Positions 1 through 10,377 are shown, counted from the first letter of the stretch. The stretch: 64,000 nucleotides of DNA from an uncultured Desulfosarcina sp. (GCA_963674945.2 CAXXWQ010000003.1:2368001-2432000); one strand, 5' to 3'. Notes: generated by a model from the letters alone, not told the origin. A program made the numbers and translations.

Positions 1-2017
1 TACACTTAATACGCGTTTTGGAATACTGTGCTGCTTTCTCTAATAGGATGAAATCGCCATATAATTTATGTAATTCTTTTGGTGTGAGCCATAGTCGCAA
101 ACCTGGAGTTCCAGGAATTACCTTCAACTTCCTTCTAGCAAGCCAATATAAAGGCGTAAGCATAGCACATCGCCAGAAGCGAACCACGGTTTGGAAAATT
201 GTGAGGTGTGTAGTGGTTTGGGCAAAGGATTTCGAAATGAGAGATATGTGGCTTATGGATTTGTAAGGAAAAGATGATGGTCTGACATCAAGATATGGGG
301 CCATGCCATGAGGCAAATCTCTGCTAAGGTGTGCCATTTTTTCTTCAAGGCGACCAATTTCAGATCTGAGGTATGCCACTTTTTTGATGATAAGGGCAGT
401 TTCACCACGTTGACGCAGTAACTGAGAAATCTCCTCTTTAACAAATGATAGTTGTCGAGATGCACCTGGATTTAATTGGTGAAGCAGCATCTCCCCTATT
501 GCATGGGAGAAAGTGAAGTTGAGATTGGGATCCTCCTTTGAATTCGTACGTACCATCAAGGTCTGCCCATCATCATCAACAAGACGATTGTATACGGCAT
601 CGATCGCTTTGTGGTTCCGACTGGCGAAAAGGAGGGATTGGTTTTGAAGCCTGGCATTGGTTGCCGTCGCCGATACAACTTGGCTTTTACCAGTCCCGGG
701 AGGGCCAGTTACAATGGTTAGCGGCCGTTTGAGAAGTGACGCGACAGCAAGGCGCTGTTCTGCGTTTAGCAATGTCGTATCAATAACGGTTTCTTCATGG
801 ATCAAATCATCCAATGGTTGCTTAGTATGCTCTTCTTGGGCGAAAACCATCCGCAAAGCTGTCTGATCTAAGATCCTATCCGACGCCCTTTCGATAGCGG
901 CCAATTCTTTCAACAATGTAACTGTAAAACGGGTTTTTTTAGCTACCATTAAAACAGCACGGTTGTATATTCCTGTATCGAAGGGTGTCTTCAAGGGCGT
1001 ATCAGGGATCGCGTCAATTTTCAGTGCTTCGATGATCTTGCTTGGCATGAATGCTTTGAGCGCAGATGTGAGACCTTCAATATTCGGTGAGGATTCACCG
1101 CGTTCAATTCCAGGGGCCTCGTCATTTGGTCGGGATCGATTGATGAATCCACATGCGGTCAGAAAACTACTTTGATTATTTCCCCGCCTATTAAATGCGA
1201 ACTCCAACCAATCGAAATTGACCTCTATTTGAGGATTATCATTTTTTAAAAAGAGCCCCGCGCTTGCTATGGAGTATTCGACTGGAAAATGAAAAACAGG
1301 ACGTATTATTGATATCGGAGGTTCCCCACTACGCTCTTTAAATAGGGCTTGAATTGGATAACCCACCACGAGAGTGTCTTCATCGGTTGGTCCCGGCAAA
1401 TTGTTTACTAAACCAGAAAGATGCTCTCCAAGCGGAATTATGGTTTGCCAAGGTGTGCCATGTCGAGGATACCAAAACCCAACCTTTCTGAGATAGATGA
1501 ATCTTTCATAGAGCTCATTTTGAAAGGCAACCGCTTTAGCTCCCTCTTCATTACGGATGCATTGACGATAATAGGCGACAAGGCGCCTGAAGAAACCCCA
1601 TCTGCCAATCAAGTCCGCTCTCACATCAGCAGGTTTGCGCTGTTGCGACCCAGTTATGCCTAAGCAAGGAGATTCAATTGCCGATGTTTGACTGCCAATT
1701 CGTTTTGTTGTTTCCGGGGATAAATTTGGGAATGTGAAGGGCAGGCCTTTAAAAAAGTTTACTGATTGCCTTTGTGAATGTCGTACAGATGCCGAATGCC
1801 ACCTATTACCTTCAATAGTTACCTCATCATTGCTGAGGAGCTCCCTAAGTTCGGATATGATTTGGTAATTTGTAAGCCGAATATTCTCAAAGCGTAAACG
1901 AACTCCTATGTCTCTGGTGGATAGCGGTCTACCAGCTTCATCTAAAATCTGGAGAAGGCGATCATGTATGACTTGACTACCTTTTCTTATTTTCTCCATC
2001 TCGGTGATGTTATTCAT
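1..2017 (-). CDS. SF1 helicase (Upf1/DNA2/NAM7-like) with N-terminal wHTH-like segment; runs off the left edge
   Basis: Absent from the ORF track. Manual translation: MNNITEMEKIRKG at 2017, LNAEQRLAV...IVTGPPGTGKSQVV...LFASRNHKAIDAV around 600-770 in the same frame, and still open at bases 2-58. Confidence 0.85.
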   Translation of the reverse strand, partial: MNNITEMEKIRKGSQVIHDRLLQILDEAGRPLSTRDIGVRLRFENIRLTNYQIISELRELLSNDEVTIEGNRWHSASVRHSQRQSVNFFKGLPFTFPNLSPETTKRIGSQTSAIESPCLGITGSQQRKPADVRADLIGRWGFFRRLVAYYRQCIRNEEGAKAVAFQNELYERFIYLRKVGFWYPRHGTPWQTIIPLGEHLSGLVNNLPGPTDEDTLVVGYPIQALFKERSGEPPISIIRPVFHFPVEYSIASAGLFLKNDNPQIEVNFDWLEFAFNRRGNNQSSFLTACGFINRSRPNDEAPGIERGESSPNIEGLTSALKAFMPSKIIEALKIDAIPDTPLKTPFDTGIYNRAVLMVAKKTRFTVTLLKELAAIERASDRILDQTALRMVFAQEEHTKQPLDDLIHEETVIDTTLLNAEQRLAVASLLKRPLTIVTGPPGTGKSQVVSATATNARLQNQSLLFASRNHKAIDAVYNRLVDDDGQTLMVRTNSKEDPNLNFTFSHAIGEMLLHQLNPGASRQLSFVKEEISQLLRQRGETALIIKKVAYLRSEIGRLEEKMAHLSRDLPHGMAPYLDVRPSSFPYKSISHISLISKSFAQTTTHLTIFQTVVRFWRCAMLTPLYWLARRKLKVIPGTPGLRLWLTPKELHKLYGDFILLEKAAQYSKTRIKC

Positions 2018-2132
2018 CGATATATCTAACCTGATCTATGAAGATTGAATATCAACTTTGGTTTTTTGGCTTGCTTGCGAATTCAATTGAAAGCTTATTA
2101 TTATAATCAAAACAGGTGTTTTGCCTGCAAGT

Positions 2133-2774
2133 TCAGCCAACACATCCATGTCGATATTGTCCGTTTATCGACGAATCATAGTTTTCGAAGTCTATTTTCT
2201 TGTTTAAGAGAGCATTTTTACAAAACTCAATACTTCCTTTTTCTACGCCATCTAAATTATCAATTTCTGCTATCTGTTGGCGCATAAGCCCAAGTAACAA
2301 TGCAATCAATATATTTGATGTAGTTTCGATATCCACTAAAATGAATTCACCCGATTCCATGCCTTTTTCGAGGATTTTTCTCAGAACAATTTTCAACTTC
2401 GATCTGACTTCTCGATAAATCTTGCTGCATGTGCCTTCTGGATCATCCAAACGCGCAGGGCAGGTCCTCAAAAGAATACTCATGAATTCGGCTTCTTCGG
2501 TCACGACAGTAAAATGGAGGTGAATCAATGATTCCAAGGATTCAAATGCTGTCTTTCCATCCAACAGTAACACATCAATACGATCAAAATAGGCTTTTGC
2601 AGCTGCTTCGAGAATAGTGGAAAAAAAAGCGTTCTTGCTCTGGAAATGATAAAAAACTGCGGGTTCTGTGACACCGACTTCCTTGGCAATCTGGAGTGTA
2701 GTCGTCGCATCATATCCCTGAGACGCAAATAAGCTTACAGCCGTTTTGAAGATGGATGTTTTTCTGTTCACCAT
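2133..2774 (-). CDS. TetR/AcrR family transcriptional regulator
   Basis: N-terminal LFASQGYDATTTLQIAKEVGVTEPAVFYHFQSK HTH signature. Confidence 0.93.
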   Translation of the reverse strand: MVNRKTSIFKTAVSLFASQGYDATTTLQIAKEVGVTEPAVFYHFQSKNAFFSTILEAAAKAYFDRIDVLLLDGKTAFESLESLIHLHFTVVTEEAEFMSILLRTCPARLDDPEGTCSKIYREVRSKLKIVLRKILEKGMESGEFILVDIETTSNILIALLLGLMRQQIAEIDNLDGVEKGSIEFCKNALLNKKIDFENYDSSINGQYRHGCVG

Positions 2775-2840
2775 CTACACCGAGTCAACATACCGATTCA
2801 AATATTAATAAGGAAATAATGAATGCCCGTTCAAAAATTA

Positions 2841-2868
2841 ACTTAGTATATGCTAAACTAAGTGTCAA
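2841..2868 (-). promoter_or_regulatory. Probable tetR promoter with overlapping operator
   Basis: Minus-strand TTGACA-17-TAAGTT overlapped by the inverted repeat ACTTAGT-N9-ACTAAGT (2841-2863). Confidence 0.55.
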
Positions 2869-2991
2869 ACAGTTGTTTCCAATCTGGCATGACGCTAAGG
2901 CCCAGAAACAAAAGGAAATCAATCACCATATCGTTGTCGTACCGTTTTCCATACCCCACCATATTGTTCCCCAACCTCTCAGATTGCCAAA

Positions 2992-3009
2992 TTGGACAGC
3001 GCTGTCCAA
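2992..3009. repeat. Perfect palindrome TTGGACAGCGCTGTCCAA, copy 1
   Basis: Identical 18-mer at 11315 and 35202. Confidence 0.95.
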
Positions 3010-3481
3010 ATCTGATGGTCGCCAACTGGTGATCGTGGTCGAGTCGAATAAGCGACCATATTGATAGTGGCCGGCAGGATAGATATATGACAAAGGTTAT
3101 TCAGCCTGTCACGTTTTATAGCCGCCACGCCCCCTTTCCATCGTCCATACCGTCCAATCGTCCACACGCCTCCCTTGGATAGTTTAGCAACAGTGGATTT
3201 ATTCAATCAGCATCATGTGTTCGTTTGCTCTCAGCCAGCACCCAACGGCGGTTATTTAAAGGGCAGAAATGTCAAGGATAGGGTAAATATACCATAGAAT
3301 GTAGGATGGTTATAGCGTGTCCAAAGGAGGAGTAGTGTAACCTGCGAATTCCCGATTGTCGGGTTCTGCCCGTAGGATATTGCTGAAGGCCCCACAATAC
3401 AACAATTCATGACCCAGCATCCAAGGCGGCTTGTCACCAAGACAGGTCGCCTTTTTCATTTCCAAACACAAGGAGACCACT

Positions 3482-3772
3482 ATGCAAAAATCAGTAGAGA
3501 TTTGCCAACTCGTCGCCCGTGCTATCGACCATACCACATGGAATGTCCCGCGCATCCGTGATGGTGATCGCTGGCGCAACATTGAAAACGCTCACCTGGT
3601 CGAGAATCCATCCCGCATCAACGGTCATGATCATTATGAGGAAGCCATCTTTCGAGTCAAGCGAATCATGGAGGAACGTGGATGGAAAGTTGAAATCACC
3701 GACACCAAGGAAGAGTGCCATGAGCACTTGTATTACCAGCATTACCGATTGAAGTGCTGGAAACGTTCATAA
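3482..3772 (+). CDS. Hypothetical protein
   Basis: AAGGAG RBS before ATG 3482; 96 aa. Confidence 0.7.
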   Translation: MQKSVEICQLVARAIDHTTWNVPRIRDGDRWRNIENAHLVENPSRINGHDHYEEAIFRVKRIMEERGWKVEITDTKEECHEHLYYQHYRLKCWKRS

Positions 3773-3854
3773 TTCAACTCAATCAAGCATGAGGGGCAGT
3801 TGCTGGTCTTTTCCGCCGGCGGTTGCCCTTTTTTGCGTTTATGGAGGTTCACCC

Positions 3855-4412
3855 ATGAAAATCTATAATCCTAATCGCACTACAAAACCCTATATACAGC
3901 AGGAATTATTCCCTGCAGCATCGGACCTATCTTTCAAGAAATCTATTTCCATTTACCGTGTATCCTTGGTCAAGGATGAATCCGTATCCTTTGGCAACGT
4001 CCGCCTTTTCAACTCACAGCAGGCCCAGGCCCTGATCCAGAACCTTATCCTAATGAAAGGGCAACCGGACCGGGAACAATTCGTTGTGGTTCTGCTCAAT
4101 GCCAAGAACGAAATGATCGGGTTGAACATCGTATCCGTTGGTGGGCTCTCATCGGCCGCTGTCCATCCACGCGAGGTTCTAAAGCCGGCTATTCTGGCCA
4201 ATTCTGCAGCAATGATTCTATCTCACAATCACCCCTCCAACGATCTCGAACCCTCTCATGATGACATTGCCATCACTCGAAAAATCATCCGGGCGGCAGA
4301 AATTGTTGGCATCAAAATCCATGAACACCTGATCATCAACACGGAGGACGACCGGTATTTCAGTTTCGCTGATCAAGGCATCATCAGCCGGATGTTTTCC
4401 GAGCTCGCCTAA
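3855..4412 (+). CDS. radC: RadC-like JAB/MPN domain protein
   Basis: DREQFVVVLLN, VHPREV, SHNHPS..PSHDD motifs; GGAGG RBS before ATG 3855. Confidence 0.92.
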   Translation: MKIYNPNRTTKPYIQQELFPAASDLSFKKSISIYRVSLVKDESVSFGNVRLFNSQQAQALIQNLILMKGQPDREQFVVVLLNAKNEMIGLNIVSVGGLSSAAVHPREVLKPAILANSAAMILSHNHPSNDLEPSHDDIAITRKIIRAAEIVGIKIHEHLIINTEDDRYFSFADQGIISRMFSELA

Positions 4413-4422
4413 ATCCTCTCCT

Positions 4423-4611
4423 CTAATACCGTCCTCGCAGATTATATGGATCGGTACTATCCACCAGCTTGGTGGTAAATCTTCTCCCTACCCGCTCGAT
4501 CTTTGGTATCACGTCGTCTATAGTGAGCCTCTGACTCTCGCTCAGGACTCCGCCATGATGAAGCTTGGGCTTTTGGCCGTTCGGCCATTTCTTTTTTCGT
4601 TTTCTCATCAT
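4423..4611 (-). CDS. Small basic hypothetical protein
   Basis: 62-aa ORF with AAGGGGG RBS-like sequence; no family recognised. Confidence 0.35.
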   Translation of the reverse strand: MMRKRKKKWPNGQKPKLHHGGVLSESQRLTIDDVIPKIERVGRRFTTKLVDSTDPYNLRGRY

Positions 4612-4710
4612 TCAATCCCCCTTTTCGTAACGTTTTCGCATTACTGGAGCCCGGTGCCCTAATCTTAATAGCCTGACGGGTTCTCCTACCTACTCAACGG
4701 TCAGATAAAC

Positions 4711-4750
4711 GGGAGCCATCTATCATCCGGTGGGTGGCTCCCTGTTTTTT
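4711..4750 (+). terminator. Intrinsic terminator-like hairpin
   Basis: GGGAGCCATCTATC/GGTGGGTGGCTCCC stem (G-U pairs on +) followed by TGTTTTTT. Confidence 0.6.
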
Positions 4751-5018
4751 CTGACTGGCTCAGGTATCGAGGTACCTGGCGCATAGCGGCGATTACTTAA
4801 AGGGTAAATGTATGTGTGAAAACGTTATTATATTTATTTATATTAGGTGTTTATTCCGATTTTCTGGTGAAAATAGTGGGAAATGCGAAATTGAAGTGAA
4901 GAGGCAATAATGGGCTTTGTTAATTGATGTGCTATAGCCACCTTCGCATAGCAATAATCAGATAGATCGGCCAGGAATGAGCGAATCACAGCAAAAATTA
5001 GAGGATATCCAATATATC

Positions 5019-5990
5019 TTAGAGAGTCCAGTTGCCAACCAACCTTTTGGTCCTGCGTTCGACGAGACGCTGCTGGTTCTTTGTCAGGTTATCCGGCGTG
5101 ACGATTGGGACAATAGCGGTTCTACCGAGCTCATCGATGATGATCTTGATGGATTGGTTACGCTTTTTTGTGGATATCACCCTGGACCGCTCCTTGTCGC
5201 CATAGACAAGATACTCATGCGAATTTTCCGGTTTGGAATAGAAACTGTAATAGGTTCCGTCATCCTGGGCGCGGGCAGACACGATATAGATGTAGGGAAT
5301 ACCTGTGTAATCCAGCATATCGGAATTGCATCCGGACTTCCTGCCGTGATGCGACGCCACAAAGAAATCCGTCCCGTCAAGGATATCCCGCATGTATGAC
5401 GAATTGAACGCCTTTTCCCAGCCTTCGGTTTCGATATCTCCAGGGAACAGTATCTTTCTGCCGGCGTACTCGATACCGATGATGTAGCTGCGGTTGTTGA
5501 TGATCTTGTCACGGTCCTTAGAGATGACCTCAGCATCTGAGTTCGAGATCTGGCTGTACTTGTATTGATCAAAGCCCCAGTCGACCGGCGTATCAACATC
5601 TACGGTATAGCTCGACTGAAATTTCTTGAATTGTTTCAGGATTTGCTGCTGCGAGCTTCCATCCTCCTCTTCGCTAATCTTTTCATCTATGAACTTCATC
5701 GTCTGCTTGTCCCGCAGCAGGATCTTCGGCTGATCCTCCTGCTTGACGAAACTGCCGATATCGGAGAAATGGTCTACGTGAAGATGGGTAATGATCATCT
5801 CGGCGATACGCCGTCCTTCATGATACTTGATGTTGCCATTACCATAATTGTAGTTTTGCCTGACCCATCTGATCGGTGAAAAATATTCCCTACCGCCGCA
5901 GTCGATCATCAGTCCATAATCGTTCGGGGACTTGATGAAAGCGCAAAACCCATGTTCGACGTTGAAGATGATGCATTCGAGCTGTTTCAT
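5019..5990 (-). CDS. MBL-fold metallo-hydrolase (ComEC/Rec2-like)
   Basis: FNVEHG, MIDCG, THLHVDH, FPGD, SHHGR motifs. Confidence 0.88.
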   Translation of the reverse strand: MKQLECIIFNVEHGFCAFIKSPNDYGLMIDCGGREYFSPIRWVRQNYNYGNGNIKYHEGRRIAEMIITHLHVDHFSDIGSFVKQEDQPKILLRDKQTMKFIDEKISEEEDGSSQQQILKQFKKFQSSYTVDVDTPVDWGFDQYKYSQISNSDAEVISKDRDKIINNRSYIIGIEYAGRKILFPGDIETEGWEKAFNSSYMRDILDGTDFFVASHHGRKSGCNSDMLDYTGIPYIYIVSARAQDDGTYYSFYSKPENSHEYLVYGDKERSRVISTKKRNQSIKIIIDELGRTAIVPIVTPDNLTKNQQRLVERRTKRLVGNWTL

Positions 5991-6014
5991 GGTACTGTTC
6001 AGATCCTTTCCTGT

Positions 6015-6674
6015 TTAGGTTATCGCTTCCGCGAAAACGTTCTCCACAAGCCTTTTCCCATAACTTTGCGCTGACAGGCAGATAAGGGCAGCGACAACTG
6101 TAAGAACGAGCACGTGGTATCCGATTGTAGCGGCAGGCGTCTGCCAGAACAGGTGAGCAACAACGCAGAACGGAATCAATACCACTGTCAATGCGGCAAG
6201 GTCTCTCGTCAGCAGGAAAAACCGGTGCGCATCGTTCACTATCATTTTATCTTCATACTGCTTGTACAACTTGTACCAGGCAGCGTTTTGCTCTTTTGGA
6301 TCTGATGGAAGGCCATCCGGGTAAATTTTTTTGATAGCAGCCATGTCGATTCTTGGATCGTTGGGAGCGATTTTAGAGAATGCGCGGCACCCGGGCAAAG
6401 GGTTCCTGATCCGCCAGAACACGAGCACGGCCTTGCGGTTGCTGTGGATCAACCCTTCAAGTACGACAGATAGCGGGAATATTATTAGGGGGATGAGACC
6501 GCTTGGGCTTTTGAGTTTTGCCAGTAAGGAACTGATATCGTCGAAGGTAGGATTGACGACTGCGGCAGCTATTGCAAAGATAACAAAATGAAGGAACATG
6601 TACGATATCAGCCACTTGCGATTGCTGTTTTTCAGGTTTTTTGTCTTGGTCAAAGGTCGGGTTTTCACCTCCAA
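6015..6674 (-). CDS. Multi-pass membrane protein (about 4 TM)
   Basis: Two hydrophobic helix pairs around a soluble LPGCRAFS..DPRID..EQNAAWYKLYK loop; true start probably a TTG near 6653 after GGAGG. Confidence 0.8.
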   Translation of the reverse strand: MEVKTRPLTKTKNLKNSNRKWLISYMFLHFVIFAIAAAVVNPTFDDISSLLAKLKSPSGLIPLIIFPLSVVLEGLIHSNRKAVLVFWRIRNPLPGCRAFSKIAPNDPRIDMAAIKKIYPDGLPSDPKEQNAAWYKLYKQYEDKMIVNDAHRFFLLTRDLAALTVVLIPFCVVAHLFWQTPAATIGYHVLVLTVVAALICLSAQSYGKRLVENVFAEAIT

Positions 6675-7062
6675 TAGTTTATTTCGCCGAAAATAATCAG
6701 CATTCGCTCGTTGTCAAGGGCATCCATACCAGATATTGTTGTCCCTCCTGAACCACCCACTACATATATTGTTGCCCAATGGGCTTGGTGTACAATAACA
6801 TTTCCTGCGGCAGTAAAATTATAATATAATCGCGGGACCTAAATCGGCGGACTCAACTCGGTTCCACCTTTTTTATTGCTCCACCATCACATTTCACTAT
6901 TCGCTTCATATGCATGATTTTCCAATTTGCAGTTAATTACACCCATACAATATCGCTGACATTACTCTACCTAAATAATATTCAATACAGTCCATACCCT
7001 CAGGCAACCACGTCCCCACGACAGGGCCGCCTTTTTTACGTCCGTCGAAAGGAGGACCGCCT

Positions 7063-7281
7063 ATGGCCTATACACCCGAACTATCCCTCAAATCGTCCTG
7101 CACCCTGCGCCGTATTGCTTGGGCTCTTGGCGTTCCTATGACACAGGCAATTGAGAGAGTATTCGAGCACTTGCCCAGCATCCTGGACCGAAACAAGGTC
7201 TGTATAGCCTGCCGGGACCCAACCAAATGCTCGCAGTGCGCCTTTTTCAACAGCAACCATTCACCTGTAGAAAGGAGGTGA
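7063..7281 (+). CDS. Small Cys-rich hypothetical protein
   Basis: AGGAGG RBS; CIACRDPTKCSQC. Confidence 0.7.
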   Translation: MAYTPELSLKSSCTLRRIAWALGVPMTQAIERVFEHLPSILDRNKVCIACRDPTKCSQCAFFNSNHSPVERR

Positions 7282-7394
7282 TGCCCACCATCTGAATCAG
7301 TACCGTGTACCCTGGTGACCCACGTCACCATTCTACTGACAGGCTCAGTCAATAGTTGGCTGGGCCTTTTTATTTACCTTGAAAGGAGAAAAAC

Positions 7395-8063
7395 ATGAAC
7401 AGAGAAGTCCTCGAAAAAGAATTTGGCCCGGAGCAGATCAAACAACGTGAAGGCAACTTCGGCAAGATATTGGATTACATCGAAGGTCATTCCGTAATTC
7501 AACGACTCAACGATGCCTTTGACGCCGACTGGTCTTTTTCCATCATTCACCACGAAATCTTGAAGGAAACCGACGAGGTTATCGTAATCGGAGAGTTGAA
7601 AGCCGGCAATGTGGTTAAAACCCAATTCGGTTCCAGCCGGATCACTCGTGCCAAAGAAACCGGCGACATCATCTCTCTTGCGGATGATCTTAAAGCCGCT
7701 GCTACGGATGCCTTGAAGAAGGCCGCCACGTTACTCGGAGTTGGCTTGCATCTGTATCGTAACGATCGGTCTCAAGGGGCATACGGTCAGCCGAATCAGA
7801 ATTGTAACGCCGGTACCGGTAATAACGGCGGAAACGGCAATGGAAACGGTCGCCCCAACCGGTCAAATGGTAATGGCGGAAACGGGAACGGAAATGGCCG
7901 ACTTACCAACAACCAGTACAAGTACATGCTCAAGCTGAATCAGGAAAAGGGTCGTTCCAAACCTGACCTTGATCAGCAGTGTCTGCAAATGTTCGGCGCC
8001 GCATCTGAGTACCTGTCCAAGACCGATGCCTCGGCAGTCATCGAGCACTTGTTGGCCAACTAA
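7395..8063 (+). CDS. Rad52/Rad22 (Sak-like) single-strand annealing protein
   Basis: LDYIEGHSVIQRLNDAF..W and LKAAATDALKKAATLLGVGLHLY; Asn/Gly-rich linker before a C-terminal helical domain. Confidence 0.88.
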   Translation: MNREVLEKEFGPEQIKQREGNFGKILDYIEGHSVIQRLNDAFDADWSFSIIHHEILKETDEVIVIGELKAGNVVKTQFGSSRITRAKETGDIISLADDLKAAATDALKKAATLLGVGLHLYRNDRSQGAYGQPNQNCNAGTGNNGGNGNGNGRPNRSNGNGGNGNGNGRLTNNQYKYMLKLNQEKGRSKPDLDQQCLQMFGAASEYLSKTDASAVIEHLLAN

Positions 8064-8155
8064 GATCAAAATTCAAACGTCTACGATTGCGAAAGGGGTT
8101 GCGCCAGTCCATCTGGCCGGCCCCTTTTGCGTTCTACCCCGGAAAGGAGATTGTC

Positions 8156-8989
8156 ATGCCCAGAAACCAAGCACTTACGAGTTTCAGTCAGGATCTTTAT
8201 ATCAGTCACAACCAGATCTTCATTTACCTCAACTGCTCCCTCAACTACCGCTATCGTTACGTCGAAAAACGCAAACCGGAACGCATCAGCATCGCCCTTC
8301 CTTTTGGCAAAGCCATGCATGCTGCCGAGGAGTTTTTTTATAGGTCCATACAGACCAATCGCAACAAAGTGTCTTTGAATGAACTGCTTGAGAAATTTGA
8401 AGCTTCTCTGATCCAGGGGCTGGAAAAGATCGACGACACCCCAGTGGTCTGGAAAAAGAACATGCCCGACCAGGCCGGGGCCATCGCCATGGGCAGGGCC
8501 ATGCTCACAGCCTTTTACGACACCATCGATCTGTCGAGTCATGCCGTCGTCGAGGTGGAAATGCCACTGTCGGCCAGACTTTACACCGATGACGGTTTTC
8601 CAACGGAGTTCATGCTGGTTGGCATCATCGACCTATTGCTGATGAACGAAAACAACGAGGCCGTCGTCGTGGATAACAAGACCGCAGTTCAGCCCATGGC
8701 CCAGGCCGATGCAGACGGGAACATGCAAATGTCCAGCTATGCCTATCTGCTCGCCAGCAACAAATATGTGCTCCCGATCTCCCCAGTCAGATGCCGATTT
8801 GACGTGCTTCGCAAATTGAAAACGCCCAAGTTCGAACAGGTTCACACCATCCGTACCGCCCAGGATCGGAAACGCTTCGCCAAAATTGCCAGTGCGGTAC
8901 TCAAGGGTATCGATGCCGGCATTTACATGCCCCAGCCCAGTTGGATGTGCTCAGATTGCAGCTATGCTGATGCCTGCAAATCCTGGTAA
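8156..8989 (+). CDS. PD-(D/E)XK nuclease, RecB/Cas4/AddB-like with four Cys
   Basis: YLNC, FGKAMH, GIIDLL, VDNKT, QMSSY, CSDCSYADAC; AAGGAG RBS before 8156. Confidence 0.87.
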   Translation: MPRNQALTSFSQDLYISHNQIFIYLNCSLNYRYRYVEKRKPERISIALPFGKAMHAAEEFFYRSIQTNRNKVSLNELLEKFEASLIQGLEKIDDTPVVWKKNMPDQAGAIAMGRAMLTAFYDTIDLSSHAVVEVEMPLSARLYTDDGFPTEFMLVGIIDLLLMNENNEAVVVDNKTAVQPMAQADADGNMQMSSYAYLLASNKYVLPISPVRCRFDVLRKLKTPKFEQVHTIRTAQDRKRFAKIASAVLKGIDAGIYMPQPSWMCSDCSYADACKSW

Positions 8990-9226
8990 TCTTTCTCGCC
9001 ACAACTCCCCTCCCCCATTATTTAAAATTATCCGCATTTTCATCGTCCAATCGCCCAATACGCGCCAGACGTGCATTCGAAGGCTCTGGTCGGTTGGACG
9101 GTGTTTTTCACAACAGGACGAATAAAAGCGTCATTCACAAGAATCAAATTTGCTGAAATCAATCCTATCGCCTCTGGCGGGCTCAAAGAGCCTATCAGGG
9201 GCGTTTTTGTTTGAGGAGAAAATCCC

Positions 9227-9406
9227 ATGCTTTTGAAACGAGTTTGCAGCTGGTGTGGATGCTCGCTGCCACCCAAAGAATGTGAGTGTCTGCCAGATGA
9301 AAATATCGAGGAACAAATTACCCACACGATTTGCCCCAAGTGCCTTGAGAAAGCTTTGGAGGAGATCGCTTCATTCCCCAACCAATCCAATAAAATCAAC
9401 AAATAA
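9227..9406 (+). CDS. 59-aa zinc-finger-like protein (below ORF-track cutoff)
   Basis: GAGGAG RBS; MLLKRVCSWCG...ITHTICPKCLEK. Confidence 0.7.
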   Translation: MLLKRVCSWCGCSLPPKECECLPDENIEEQITHTICPKCLEKALEEIASFPNQSNKINK

Positions 9407-9423
9407 TCGAAAGGAAGTTAATC

Positions 9424-10377
9424 ATGGCTAACACAGCAACTCTCGAAACCGTAATCAATGAAGTCCATGAGCAATCCATCCATCATTACGACCAGATCGT
9501 ACCGTTACAGGAAATGGAATTCGACAATCTCACTAAAATGTGGGTTTCTGGCAAACAGGTCGAAGTGGCCCCCACTGCCCAACGACTCTTGGCCAATCGT
9601 TTGCGTGTACCCTACTCCTACCTCTCCCGATGCCCGGAGGATCTCCAAGCCAAGAATCTCAATTACTGGATAGAGCAGGAGCGCAAGCAACGGGAGACGT
9701 TCTTCTGCCGGTTCGATGCCAATCGGCTTCGAGCGGTGTTCACCGAGCGCTACCGACCATTGGACAACATGGAAATCCTGTCCCAGTTGCTCCAGCACGG
9801 TTTCGATCCTACCACGCAAATACAATATGCCATCGATGACGGAATGTTCCTGGTCAAGGTACCCGAGTATGCCAGGGCTTTCGGCGTCAATCCAGGCTAC
9901 GGTCAGTTGGATGAAATCGTTCCCGGCGTGTCTTTCGCCAATAGTGAGGTGGGTCTTTTGGCTTTCAGCATCGAGGCTTTCTTTTACAGGCTGGTCTGCA
10001 CCAACGGGCTCATCGCCAAGACCTCATCGACCTTGTCACGGTTCAAACATATCAGCAATCGGGGGCTGGAGAATTTCCCTGAGACGCTTGCCGGTGTAAT
10101 CGAGGATTCCATGCGCAAGCAGGAACAATTCAAAATATCTCGTCTGTCAACCGTGAAGGACCCCATACAATCCATTGAGATCTTCAGCCAGCGGTTCGGT
10201 CTGTCTCAGGCAGAGACGGAGGTGGTCAGGCAATCCTATTACCTGGAACAAGGCGGAACGATGTTTCATATCATCAATGCTTTCACGCGGGCGGCCCAAG
10301 ATGCCAACCTGGACACCCTCCAGGCATATCGTCTGGAATCGACCGGTGGACAGATTTTGAGCCTGGTCCGGTCTTAA
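9424..10377 (+). CDS. DUF932 family protein
   Basis: NSEVG..AFSI..FFYRLVCTNGLI...RFKH and C-terminal INAFTRAAQ. Confidence 0.8.
   Translation: MANTATLETVINEVHEQSIHHYDQIVPLQEMEFDNLTKMWVSGKQVEVAPTAQRLLANRLRVPYSYLSRCPEDLQAKNLNYWIEQERKQRETFFCRFDANRLRAVFTERYRPLDNMEILSQLLQHGFDPTTQIQYAIDDGMFLVKVPEYARAFGVNPGYGQLDEIVPGVSFANSEVGLLAFSIEAFFYRLVCTNGLIAKTSSTLSRFKHISNRGLENFPETLAGVIEDSMRKQEQFKISRLSTVKDPIQSIEIFSQRFGLSQAETEVVRQSYYLEQGGTMFHIINAFTRAAQDANLDTLQAYRLESTGGQILSLVRS

Noticed and set aside
4423..4800. Type I toxin-antitoxin (small ORF with antisense terminator in its leader)
   Set aside because: The ORF is not hydrophobic and no antisense promoter was found; the hairpin may simply end radC transcription.
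7805..7900. GGCAAT/GGAAAC tandem-like repeats
   Set aside because: Explained by the Asn/Gly linker of the Rad52 protein.
8156..8989. Cas4-like nuclease as evidence of CRISPR-Cas
   Set aside because: No cas1/cas2 and no regularly spaced repeat-spacer array seen in the window.
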